From a bacterium (GTDB taxonomy: Bacteria; Patescibacteriota; Microgenomatia; JAMCZE01), in assembly GCA_021836035.1 (NCBI GenBank), contig JAKBJL010000004.1:67841-131840 (forward strand): DNA of 64,000 bases. Reading direction: 5' to 3'. Under the pieces are notes generated by a model. It saw only the letters and a list, made by a program, of their open reading frames with translations. It was not told the DNA's origin and made no database searches. Positions 51,452 through 60,662 of this stretch are shown in pieces (position 1 is the stretch's first letter; each line of letters starts with the position of its first letter). The position numbers were made by a program, and so were the translations under genes.

Positions 51452-51659
51452 ATGACGCAAGAAAAATTCCGGCCAAGACACCCTATGGATTATTGGACTC
51501 CCCAAACCATGGAGAAAGAAATAAAGTCGCTCAGACCTGGCCAGCGCTATCGGCAGAAACTACCCGAGCAAGCTAAGCCATCTACTAAAAGACCTGCGAA
51601 GCGCTGACATCACCTTCGTGACTGAGGCCAATGCCCAGATTGAAGCTCTACCGCGTTGA
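51452..51659 (+). pseudogene. Collapsed fourth YPGG-repeat paralogue
   Basis: MTQEKFRPRHPMDYWTPQTMEKEI, then in another frame SDLASAIGRNYPSKLSHLLKDL...TEANAQIEALPR*. Confidence 0.8.
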
Positions 51660-51690
51660 ACTATAGGTCATAGTAGTGTAAAATAGGCTT

Positions 51691-54600
51691 ATGTACAAGC
51701 TAGACCCCGAACACGAGATAAAGGCGGTCGACCGTGTCCTGAATTGGACAGGTACCGGCACCTTCGAAAGTAACTACACTGACTCAACTTCTTATGATGC
51801 GAAATTCCAAGTAGCCATCGCTCTGATCAAAGATGGGCGGTACAAAAATCTCCATTTATTGGATAAAAGTTTTGCAACAGAACCCGCCATAAACTCTGAT
51901 CCCAAGATTAAGGAGATGAAAGACAGAATTCGGGTCGCCTTAATGGAAAAAGGAGTTATTGACCCGATTTCTCCGGAAGCTGCTGAAGCCAGTGCAGAGT
52001 TAACCCGTTTTATTGATCGAAATGAGATGTTAAGTGAGCTTCGCGATGTTTTGCCGATTGATGTTATGGGCGCAATTACCACCGTCGAGCGTTTCGAGCA
52101 TGCCACAGACGAGCAAATGCGCGAAAAATTACGGTCCTGGACCACTAAGGCTTTACTTCGTGATTACTTGGGAACTTTGTTAGTTCACCGACCCAAAGGC
52201 GAAATTGATTACCATGATTTGGTAACTCGTTCCCCAGAAAAAGTTTTCGAAAACCCGGATTCCGTCATTTACAACATTTATCGTCGTTACCTGGAAAGCA
52301 AGATTTTACGTACTTTCAACCCAGGTGAGGCCCAAGGCTTTACGGAGCTGGATACGGATATTGCCGACCAACCGGGAGGCGTGAAGAAACAAATGTTAAT
52401 TGAGATCAGACAAAAATTCCAGGCGGTGGCCGAACTTCCCATTTCCCCCGCTTTTAAAACTTCAGTCGAAAGCTGGACAGGCGAGGCATCAATATTCCCA
52501 AACTTTCGCCAAAAATATGTCGTTCGTGAATTTCAAAAAACTAAGCGGAAATTACTAAACGGGGATACCGGCGCTACTAAAACTGCTTGCGCCTACTTAG
52601 CCATGGAAGCAAATAGCGCTGATAAGGTTACTATTTTCGGTCCTCCAAGAGCTAGGAATACCTGGCCCAAAGAAGCCACCGTGGTCTTTAACAATGAGGC
52701 CCATCCGGATGTTTTTACCATAAGATCGGCCAAAGATTTAAAAGACTCGAGAGTAGTCAACGCCAAATATGTTTATCTGGGAAGCGCCTTAATGGGTAAA
52801 GCTTGGAAAGACGCTAATCTTTTCAGAACCATAAGGGAAAATCTTGTCATCAAACGCCAAACCGATGGCGTCATTATTGATGAAGCTGATGAGTTCCGCC
52901 ATAAAAAAACCGGTCGTAGCCAAGTGATAAGTGAACTGATAACCGAGATGGAAGCGGACCATGCCAAAAGGTCGAAAGAGAGAATGCCCATGGTGGCCCT
53001 GACAGCAACGCCGATTTCTTCATCGCTTGAAGATCTAGATATTCCTATGGCCCTTCTCTATCCGGAAAGATTTTGTTTACCGGGACGGGAAAACAACGGT
53101 AAATGCACCTTTAATGTCCAAATTTTAAAAGATCCGGAAATTGCTTATAGCCTCCTTTTTGGAGAACAACTAATCCTCCAATGGAGTTTGGAGGATCTTT
53201 TTGGAGAACGCATCCCCCAAGTAGACAACCGGATAGTGAATCTTGATTTAAGCCCTTTTGAACAAGTCTTAAATACTTGGATTTCAGAGTTACCTGCAGA
53301 ATCGCTGGTAAAAATTCGGTTGCTCCAAAGCCTGCTCTTAAACCCGGAGTTGGTTAAAAAAACTTGTCGTGAACGAGGTTTTGTTCCGGAAGGAAAGTAT
53401 TCTGACGTAGAAGCTTTAAGAAAACACCTCACTGAATTGCACACCACCTGGATAAGCTGGATGTTAAACAAAAACGGAGGTATCCCTGACGAACCTTTTA
53501 GCGCTGATTGGATAGCCAAAATCGGCGATACCGATTTTCTTTTACAGTGTTTCTTTGAACCGGGGTTAATCGAAGATGTAGAGACTCTGGCTCGCACTAC
53601 GCCGCAAATTGGAAAAGACTGGCAACACCGAGAAGCCGTTTCTACGAAATTCGCTCATATCCGCGACCTGATCAGAAAGCACGTCGCTCGCGACCAAGAT
53701 GGCAACTATCATGCCGATGCCAAAATTTTTATTGCTGTTCCTGGACACAAAAGAGGTATCACCCGCTGGTTAGAAGATCCCGAAACCACGGACAAAGACT
53801 TGCTCGACAATATCTGGAGCTTATATGAATATCTTCTGTCCGACTGGCTGCCCGGCTTACCCCGGGATAAAGCCGTTAATATAGACGGCTCGGTGCCGTT
53901 TAATAAACGCGATAAACACGCCGTTACCTGGGGTACTTCCGGAGAAAAAGATATCGTTGTGGTTTCTTCTATGGAGTCGGTCTATGAGAGCATGAACTGG
54001 AGTGTTCGCAAAACTCCGGATAACCAAAATATTAAGAAAGTAGTTTTGGTTCTAACTTCTTGGCCCTTTGGTTACGATGAAATGAAACAATTTCATGGGC
54101 GTTTTCCTCGTCCCGGCCAGGTTGTACCAATCGAAAGTGAAATATTACAAACCAATAATTCCATCGATGTGGGCATGGCTGATCTAGTAAAGATGAAGTA
54201 CCTTCTGACCCAAGTGGCTTTGTCTCGTATACAGTTGACGCCAGAAGAAAGGGAATTCTTCACTCGAGCTACATCCGCCAAGCGAATTTTATTAGAATAT
54301 CCGACGGTTGGAGAAACATTTGTCCGCGATACCATCAATCGTCTTAAGGGGGCCGGGGAAACCGAAATTGCGGAGAAACTAGGAAAGTTGATCAACGGAA
54401 AGAACGGTTTTGAAATCTTTGCTAAAGAATATTACGCTAACGGTTCTGATGAAAACAGGACAGTCGGTCTCAACTGGGAATTGATGAAGAACTTGGGTCT
54501 GGAAAGCCAGCCAGAGGATATTTTAGTAGTCGGCGCTGGTAGCTGCGGTTTTGCCCGCAAACTAATTAAAACCGATTACAAAGCTAAGATTGATAACTTG

Positions 54601-55512
54601 GACATTAATGGGGCGATCTTACGCCAGGCGAAAGAAAAATATCCAGAAATTGGGCAAGTAATTTCTGGTCGAGCCTCTGATACAAAGCTTGAGTCCTTGC
54701 ATTACGATCTGACGGAATGCGGTTTCATGTTGCCATGGACGAAACTTTACGAGTCCAAAAGCAGATTACCCAAGAATCCTCAGGAGATTGAACGGGTAAA
54801 AATTCTTTCAGAAATTAACCGAGTCACCAAAAACGGCGGCACTGTTTTGCTCTCTTTCCCTGAAAGTTCCTTAACACCCGAGTTATTTGCTAATTATGCA
54901 AATTGCCTTACCACCCATTTTGGTTTTTCTCTAGAAGAACCCTCAGGTAAGACATTTACGACTGATATCGATCCCAACAAACCGATTGGCTGGGTTTTAA
55001 AATTAAGAAAAGTAGACTCTCCTAATCTTTCTGGTATCGACGCTGGTCAGCTAGCCTTTACTAGCGATGAAGAAACAAAGATCAGCCGCCGAAAGAAAAG
55101 GAAAGAAGGTAAAACTCAAGTCGTCGTCTTGGATCCGCCACTATTTTCTGCCCGGCACTTTAGAGTCTTTAATCCATTAACCGGTCAGGAAACTATTTCC
55201 GATAGCCTTGCCGCTAGCCGTTGCGCTGATCAGCCAATAGTAGAAACGGCACCAGCGGAAGCTATTAAAGCGGCGATTAAAAATGACGACTTAACGACTC
55301 AAAGAGAGATGTGGGTGGATGCCCGTCGCCAGATCCAAAAGACTTTACGGAAAAATTATGAGGAAGCGGAGGAAATCCTGGCTGACATTTTTTCCCGAAA
55401 CGGACTTGCCGAACCAAATAATTGGCCAACGGAGGGATCGGAACGTGATAAGATTGACAAGACGATTAAAATTGAAATAGGGCGTTTATCTAGAATAAAA
55501 ATGCGGGGATGA
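51691..55512 (+). CDS. SF2 (SNF2-like) helicase/ATPase fused to a class I SAM-dependent methyltransferase
   Basis: Motif I GDTGATKT, Ia FGPPRARNTW, II IIDEAD, III TATP, VI QFHGRFPRPGQ; methyltransferase ILVVGAGSC, NLDIN, EINRVTKNGG. Confidence 0.8.
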   Translation: MYKLDPEHEIKAVDRVLNWTGTGTFESNYTDSTSYDAKFQVAIALIKDGRYKNLHLLDKSFATEPAINSDPKIKEMKDRIRVALMEKGVIDPISPEAAEASAELTRFIDRNEMLSELRDVLPIDVMGAITTVERFEHATDEQMREKLRSWTTKALLRDYLGTLLVHRPKGEIDYHDLVTRSPEKVFENPDSVIYNIYRRYLESKILRTFNPGEAQGFTELDTDIADQPGGVKKQMLIEIRQKFQAVAELPISPAFKTSVESWTGEASIFPNFRQKYVVREFQKTKRKLLNGDTGATKTACAYLAMEANSADKVTIFGPPRARNTWPKEATVVFNNEAHPDVFTIRSAKDLKDSRVVNAKYVYLGSALMGKAWKDANLFRTIRENLVIKRQTDGVIIDEADEFRHKKTGRSQVISELITEMEADHAKRSKERMPMVALTATPISSSLEDLDIPMALLYPERFCLPGRENNGKCTFNVQILKDPEIAYSLLFGEQLILQWSLEDLFGERIPQVDNRIVNLDLSPFEQVLNTWISELPAESLVKIRLLQSLLLNPELVKKTCRERGFVPEGKYSDVEALRKHLTELHTTWISWMLNKNGGIPDEPFSADWIAKIGDTDFLLQCFFEPGLIEDVETLARTTPQIGKDWQHREAVSTKFAHIRDLIRKHVARDQDGNYHADAKIFIAVPGHKRGITRWLEDPETTDKDLLDNIWSLYEYLLSDWLPGLPRDKAVNIDGSVPFNKRDKHAVTWGTSGEKDIVVVSSMESVYESMNWSVRKTPDNQNIKKVVLVLTSWPFGYDEMKQFHGRFPRPGQVVPIESEILQTNNSIDVGMADLVKMKYLLTQVALSRIQLTPEEREFFTRATSAKRILLEYPTVGETFVRDTINRLKGAGETEIAEKLGKLINGKNGFEIFAKEYYANGSDENRTVGLNWELMKNLGLESQPEDILVVGAGSCGFARKLIKTDYKAKIDNLDINGAILRQAKEKYPEIGQVISGRASDTKLESLHYDLTECGFMLPWTKLYESKSRLPKNPQEIERVKILSEINRVTKNGGTVLLSFPESSLTPELFANYANCLTTHFGFSLEEPSGKTFTTDIDPNKPIGWVLKLRKVDSPNLSGIDAGQLAFTSDEETKISRRKKRKEGKTQVVVLDPPLFSARHFRVFNPLTGQETISDSLAASRCADQPIVETAPAEAIKAAIKNDDLTTQREMWVDARRQIQKTLRKNYEEAEEILADIFSRNGLAEPNNWPTEGSERDKIDKTIKIEIGRLSRIKMRG

Positions 55513-55925
55513 CACCAGAAGAATCCAGAACCAAGGAGCTTTTTTCCTTAAGTGTTGGCGAACTGGCCAAAGAACTTCAAGGCAGAGTAGTTATTTCCGA
55601 AGACCAGTCAACAAAAGTCAAATTTGTTTCTTTAGAAGCCTGGCCTAAAGAAAAAATTGGAAAACGCTACCAGGCAATGGAAAACATGGAACCCGGCACT
55701 CTTTGGGCCTATTACTTCGCTTTCCGGCAAATCATGCAAACTCTTATAGTGGCCAAGGACCAAGAAAAATCTGGTGCTTGTGTCCGGGTATTACACAGCG
55801 AGGGCTTTAAACGTGAGGGTGATACTGCCAAACAGTTGGGCCTAAGCCACAACGAAACTACCCGCCTCGCCTTTCGTGACCAATCAGAACTCCTTTATCT
55901 GGAGAAAATTACTAAATCAATATAA
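55509..55925 (+). CDS. Divergent 3-methyladenine DNA glycosylase (AAG/MPG)-like protein
   Basis: F...V.ELAKELQGRVV...LEAW...MEPGTLWAYY...LIVA...GACVRV parallels AAG VA..LLG..LV...ETEAY...PG..YVY...AVLIRA; ATGA overlap with the helicase. Confidence 0.55.
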   Translation: MTPEESRTKELFSLSVGELAKELQGRVVISEDQSTKVKFVSLEAWPKEKIGKRYQAMENMEPGTLWAYYFAFRQIMQTLIVAKDQEKSGACVRVLHSEGFKREGDTAKQLGLSHNETTRLAFRDQSELLYLEKITKSI

Positions 55926-56185
55926 TTAACCTCCGACGTCAACATATCTCCGGACACCATTTTTTAGAAGCACGTTTGACCCAATTAGAAAAATTGCGGA
56001 TAGAAAAATTCCAATAAACACCCACATTGCTGTGTATTTTCCAGTAAAAATTCCAATAGGGATAATCGCCACAAAAGATAGCGAGAATAAGACGGTAAAA
56101 AAATACTTAAAACACTGCCGAGGATTGAAGATACAACTGTTCGCTAAAAAACTGAATTAGTTGACGCCCCTTCTCCGCATCTCCA

Positions 56186-56410
56186 TTATTTTGTTTTACG
56201 GGTGGATATACCAAGAAGCGCATATAAACCACAAAACCCGATTGCTCCTGTAATCAGCGCAACCGCACCAATAACATACGCAATCGTTTGAGCAACACCG
56301 CTTAACGTCGAATAGCCAACTGTTAGTGAGATAATGCCAACAATAATCCTCAGTATTCTGTCAGTTGTACTTTCGTTTGATTTTATAAATGGACATGCTA
56401 CGTTATTCAT
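56186..56410 (-). CDS. DUF2892/YgaP-like membrane protein
   Basis: NESTTDRILRIIVG...TGAIGFCGLYALLGIST. Confidence 0.85.
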   Translation of the reverse strand: MNNVACPFIKSNESTTDRILRIIVGIISLTVGYSTLSGVAQTIAYVIGAVALITGAIGFCGLYALLGISTRKTK

Positions 56411-56411
56411 A

Positions 56412-57038
56412 TTAAATTTTAACCTCTAAGATTGATGACAAACGCTGTTTATCAAATCCGACAATATATTCTTCCTCTCCGCCTTCATATTGGATAGCGG
56501 TCACAGGTACACCCATTTGTCCGGTCTTTTGTACCATCACCTCGGCTTCCTTTTGGTTTAAATCAACATGGACTTCCTCATATTTAATCTTCTTTTCATC
56601 AAGCCACGACGCTTCCATTTTGCAGTAGGGACAGGTGGTTGTGGAATACAACTTTACTCCAGTGGGCCTTAATGCTTCCACACCGGCTGACTTATGGATG
56701 AGTTCTTTGAGTTTTTCCTCAGCTTGGGAAGCAAGTTGAATAATAGCGGGGTTTTGAGATACACTTCCCAACACTGTCGGGCTACCAACTCCCACCATCA
56801 CATCGCCTTTTTGATTAATAACTGCTACTGAACAAGGCAATAGACCAATAAGGTTTGGGTCTGAGGCCAGTAGATTTCCCATCCAATTGGGATTGCATAT
56901 ATGTAAAATTGTTCCGTTATTTGCGGGTAATTCTGTTGAGCCAAGAACCGTTAATCCCAGTTCTTTGGCTTGCTGTTTAACATTTTCTACCGTTTTGTTA
57001 CGATCATAAGTGCTTTTTCTGAAATAGGCAATATTCAT
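56412..57038 (-). CDS. DUF302 domain fused to glutaredoxin
   Basis: ICNP...GLLPCSVAV (DUF302); TCPYC...GQMGVPV...IVGFD (glutaredoxin). Confidence 0.85.
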   Translation of the reverse strand: MNIAYFRKSTYDRNKTVENVKQQAKELGLTVLGSTELPANNGTILHICNPNWMGNLLASDPNLIGLLPCSVAVINQKGDVMVGVGSPTVLGSVSQNPAIIQLASQAEEKLKELIHKSAGVEALRPTGVKLYSTTTCPYCKMEASWLDEKKIKYEEVHVDLNQKEAEVMVQKTGQMGVPVTAIQYEGGEEEYIVGFDKQRLSSILEVKI

Positions 57039-57301
57039 ATAGCCTCCTTTTCTAGAGACACTAATAACGAGCTGATGTCAGCGGCCTTTTTGTACCTTAA
57101 CGAATACCATACAACCTGCCCTTCTTTTTTGGTCTCCACAATTCCTGATTTTTTTAATTTGGAAAGATGTTGTGATACGGCAGATTGGGATAAATGACAG
57201 GTACTAATAAGTTCCTTAACGTTTTTAGGTTTATTGGCAAGGCAAAGGATAAGCTTGGTTCTAATCTGGTTTCCAAATGCGGAGTAGATATCGTAAGCCA
57301 T
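57035..57301 (-). CDS. ArsR/SmtB family regulator
   Basis: LSQSAVSQHLSKLKKSGIV...G..VWYSL. Confidence 0.92.
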   Translation of the reverse strand: MAYDIYSAFGNQIRTKLILCLANKPKNVKELISTCHLSQSAVSQHLSKLKKSGIVETKKEGQVVWYSLRYKKAADISSLLVSLEKEAI

Positions 57302-57305
57302 ATTT

Positions 57306-57329
57306 ATATATTAGCATATGCTAATATAT
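57306..57329. promoter_or_regulatory. ArsR operator (perfect 24-bp palindrome)
   Basis: ATATATTAGCAT|ATGCTAATATAT just upstream of the ArsR start, next to a minus-strand TTGACA at 57330-57335. Confidence 0.8.
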
Positions 57330-57331
57330 TG

Positions 57332-59167
57332 TCAAGGGGTTTTATTCGGAATCGCTTCCTGAAGATAAAATATCCTAAGTATGTTTAAGAGAACAAGGGC
57401 GGAAGAAATTTCGTGAATAATTGTTGTCTGCACTAAAGATACAGCACCGACCAAAACAAATGATGCCGTAATCACGTGGATAACAGTAGCCAACAATACA
57501 TCTTGTTTTATGATTTGAAATATTTTCTTTGATAGCCCGATTATTGACGAGATCGAGGCAATATTATTATTGAGTAATACAATATCAGCAGCATTAATCG
57601 CTAAATCTACTCCCCTACCTCCCATGGCTATACCCACATCCGCTTTGGCTAACACCGGCGCATCGTTTATGCCGTCACCAACCATAACAGTTGTTTTGCC
57701 CGCCTTGATCTTTTTCTCCATCTCTTCGAGCTTTCCCGTCGGAAGTAAATTCGCAATTACCTGGGTGTAAGGCAAGCCCTTGACAATCGATTCCGCTACT
57801 TCTTGCTTGTCTCCAGTTAAAACAATCGTTTTATAGCCGGAATCGTTTAGATCTACAAAAAGTTTACGAGTTTCTACTCTTAAACTATCAACCAAGATTA
57901 TGACGGCAATAGCCTTGTTGTTTTGACCGACGAAAACCGGTGTAGCTCCCTTTTCCTCCCAATTGGCTACCAACTTTTCGGTGTCCTGATCCAAGCTAAT
58001 CTTTTCCGCCCGTAGTAATTCCAAGTTACCCAAACACACTTTGGTCGTATCTTTGAAGGCTGTTATCCCTTGCCCCACGTGTGTTTCCACATCTTTTAAA
58101 GGTATAATTTCAACGTTCTGCTTTTTTGCTTCCTCCAAAATCGGAATCGCGAGAGGATGATTTGAATAGCTCTCAAGGCTGGCGGCTAACTGCAGGATTT
58201 CTTTTCTTGATCCGTTAAGCTCAATAATTTCCCCAATCCGTGGTTCGCCATATGTGATGGTACCGGTCTTATCAAAAAAGAATATGGGCGCTTTTGTTAG
58301 GTGTTCGAGCGAAGTGCTATTTTTTACTAAAATTCCCTGTTTTGCTAATAAGGCAATTCCGATTGTCGTAGCGACCGGAACGATAATTGCAAAAATGACC
58401 GGGACTACAGCAATCCAAAACGAAAGTGCCTGTAGTATATTTTGGGTCAAGAGATAAATGATGATGACCCCCAACAAAGCAGCCATGGTTGTTATCCATG
58501 CGTACCGACTTACCGCATACGCTAGGGGGGGTTTGTCGTTCTGAGCCTCCGTCACTAGTTTCTGTATTTGAAAGAGAGTCGAACTTTCTGAATCTGATAT
58601 CGCCTTTGCTTCAAAATAATCTCCAACATTAACTGAACCGGCATACAAATTGTCTCCATGCACCTTGGATATTGGTCTTGATTCCCCGGTTACTACAGAC
58701 TCATCTAGGGTTGCCCTGTCTGTCATTAAACACGCGTCGGTTGCTACCCGATCGCCGCTTTTAACAAGCAAAAGATCGTCTATTTTTATATCAGAAATAA
58801 GAATTTCCCTGTCCTCAGAACCCCTTTTTATGTGGGCTGTTTTAGGTAACTTTTTAGAAATTGAGGTAATAGACGATTTAATTCTCTCAAGAATGACACT
58901 CTTAAAAAGATTCCCCAAAAGAATAATTAAAATATAGATTATTGCAATATTTGCTTTCCCTAAGAAAAGCAGCAGATAGATTGTGGCGACTGATGGAAGA
59001 GATAGATCGATTTGTTTTTTCCGTAACCCTTGCCAAATCGAGATATAATAAGGAAATAAAGATAATAATAATCCAACACTAGCAATGGCAGATAAATGGG
59101 GAAACAGAATGTAAATTCCGAAACATACCAATACGATAATAAGAGAAAATAAAGAAGACCTCACCAT
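57332..59167 (-). CDS. P1B-type (heavy-metal) P-type ATPase
   Basis: TGES, DKTGT, SNHP, TGD, GDGINDAP, HEISS. Confidence 0.9.
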   Translation of the reverse strand: MVRSSLFSLIIVLVCFGIYILFPHLSAIASVGLLLSLFPYYISIWQGLRKKQIDLSLPSVATIYLLLFLGKANIAIIYILIILLGNLFKSVILERIKSSITSISKKLPKTAHIKRGSEDREILISDIKIDDLLLVKSGDRVATDACLMTDRATLDESVVTGESRPISKVHGDNLYAGSVNVGDYFEAKAISDSESSTLFQIQKLVTEAQNDKPPLAYAVSRYAWITTMAALLGVIIIYLLTQNILQALSFWIAVVPVIFAIIVPVATTIGIALLAKQGILVKNSTSLEHLTKAPIFFFDKTGTITYGEPRIGEIIELNGSRKEILQLAASLESYSNHPLAIPILEEAKKQNVEIIPLKDVETHVGQGITAFKDTTKVCLGNLELLRAEKISLDQDTEKLVANWEEKGATPVFVGQNNKAIAVIILVDSLRVETRKLFVDLNDSGYKTIVLTGDKQEVAESIVKGLPYTQVIANLLPTGKLEEMEKKIKAGKTTVMVGDGINDAPVLAKADVGIAMGGRGVDLAINAADIVLLNNNIASISSIIGLSKKIFQIIKQDVLLATVIHVITASFVLVGAVSLVQTTIIHEISSALVLLNILRIFYLQEAIPNKTP

Positions 59168-59208
59168 ATACTAAAAGAAAAAGTTAAAGCAAAACGACAT
59201 TTTCAACC

Positions 59209-59247
59209 AAACAATCCGCCCACCCGTAAGTAGGCGGTGGATTGTTT
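59209..59247. terminator. Hairpin, likely terminator
   Basis: AAACAATCC...GGATTGTTT inverted repeat between two genes. Confidence 0.55.
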
Positions 59248-59264
59248 ATCTGTCTTCAATCTCT

Positions 59265-59996
59265 TTATTTTGCAAACAACTTAAACAACCATCCCAACAA
59301 ACTGCCAGACCGTTGTTCAAGATTAATTCTATCGGTGAGTGCAGTGTTTTGTTCGGTTAATGCCTGGATCGTCTCCCGTACTCGGGTGATGTCACCCTGA
59401 TTGGTTAGTTGATTCTGTAAGCGGGCGAGTTGTTGAATACGCAGTTGATTTTGCTCCATTTGTTTCTGCATATTCTTTAACGCTTGAAAATCAGGACCGA
59501 TGATAGACTTAAGTAATCCATCCCGGCTATCAACTTTTTCCAGTTCAACTTGGATTTCTTGTTGGGCAGTTTTTTGTTGTTGAGCAATTTGTCTTACCTG
59601 CTCACCTATCCCATCCGGCTCAGTTTTAGTCGATAACAACTCTTCAACCTCAGAGGCTACATTACTCATGTGTTCTAGTGCTGTCTCGCTGCGGGGCGAG
59701 TTATCCTTTGGCGTATCCTGACCTTGAACTTGCTGATCCTCTCCCTGAGCCTCCTGTTCCTGGGTGTTTGTCTGTATCTCCGAATTTTCACCCTCATTTT
59801 GTGTTTTAACCCGATTTTGATTCTGAATCGTGTTGCCGGTAGGAGATGGGGATATCTGTAATTGCTGTTGCGTTTGAGCTGTTGTTTCCTGTTGGGAACC
59901 CATAGCTTGCGTTACTGCACCATTAGTAGAAGTAAAGACGAGCATAACTATTAATAACAGGGCACAAACTGATATGCTTGATATTATTTTTTTCAT
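59265..59996 (-). CDS. Gln-rich secreted coiled-coil protein
   Basis: Signal peptide, Q/N/E-rich linker, GGAGGTG RBS. Confidence 0.75.
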   Translation of the reverse strand: MKKIISSISVCALLLIVMLVFTSTNGAVTQAMGSQQETTAQTQQQLQISPSPTGNTIQNQNRVKTQNEGENSEIQTNTQEQEAQGEDQQVQGQDTPKDNSPRSETALEHMSNVASEVEELLSTKTEPDGIGEQVRQIAQQQKTAQQEIQVELEKVDSRDGLLKSIIGPDFQALKNMQKQMEQNQLRIQQLARLQNQLTNQGDITRVRETIQALTEQNTALTDRINLEQRSGSLLGWLFKLFAK

Positions 59997-60662
59997 ATTT
60001 GTATCACCTCCTTTTACGTTAGTGCTACTTAAGTAGTTTAAGTATAGCAAAAATCACCGGCCTTGTTGATAATATCTACCTTGTCCCCAACCTCTAACTT
60101 GTCTCGCATTTCCGTTGGAAAGTTGGGCTTATCCTTCAAGCTGTAGACAAAGCCGTATCGTCGGATCCTGACGATAGCTAATATCATTTAGGCCAAGCTG
60201 GTCAATCACATAAGCAACGAGGGTGGTAGAAATAGTAAATTTAAGGATAATCAGCCAATATTTATTCTTGCAATAAAAGTCATATTTTCGAAGCATCCCT
60301 ATTCCATGCACAGTAATAACAAAATCAAAAACTTGTATCCACAACGGGAAACTGATTAATGGTTGTTCCAACCCTCATTGTCCCACCGCTCCGTGTCTGC
60401 GGAGCAAAAAAGGTGTTAAGTTAGTTGAGAAAATCGCTCCAATGCTGAAACTCACCAACCCTGCGATAGTAAGAAGCGAATTTAGGACAAAGTACCATCT
60501 TGCCAACATGAAAATCTCGTTGGACTTCACTTTTGCCATGATGGCCCGTTCCAAGCCCCGCGAGACGGGCTATCAAGCCTCCAAGATCTGCTTCCCTGAT
60601 TTTGTGAGATGGGGACAATATAGGTCTAAAGTTGGGTGGGAGTTGGATTAAAATATCTGATG

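Noticed and set aside
47202-51659. CRISPR array or DNA-level tandem repeat
   Set aside because: Repetition is at the protein level with diverged codons; there is no repeat-spacer structure and no cas gene.
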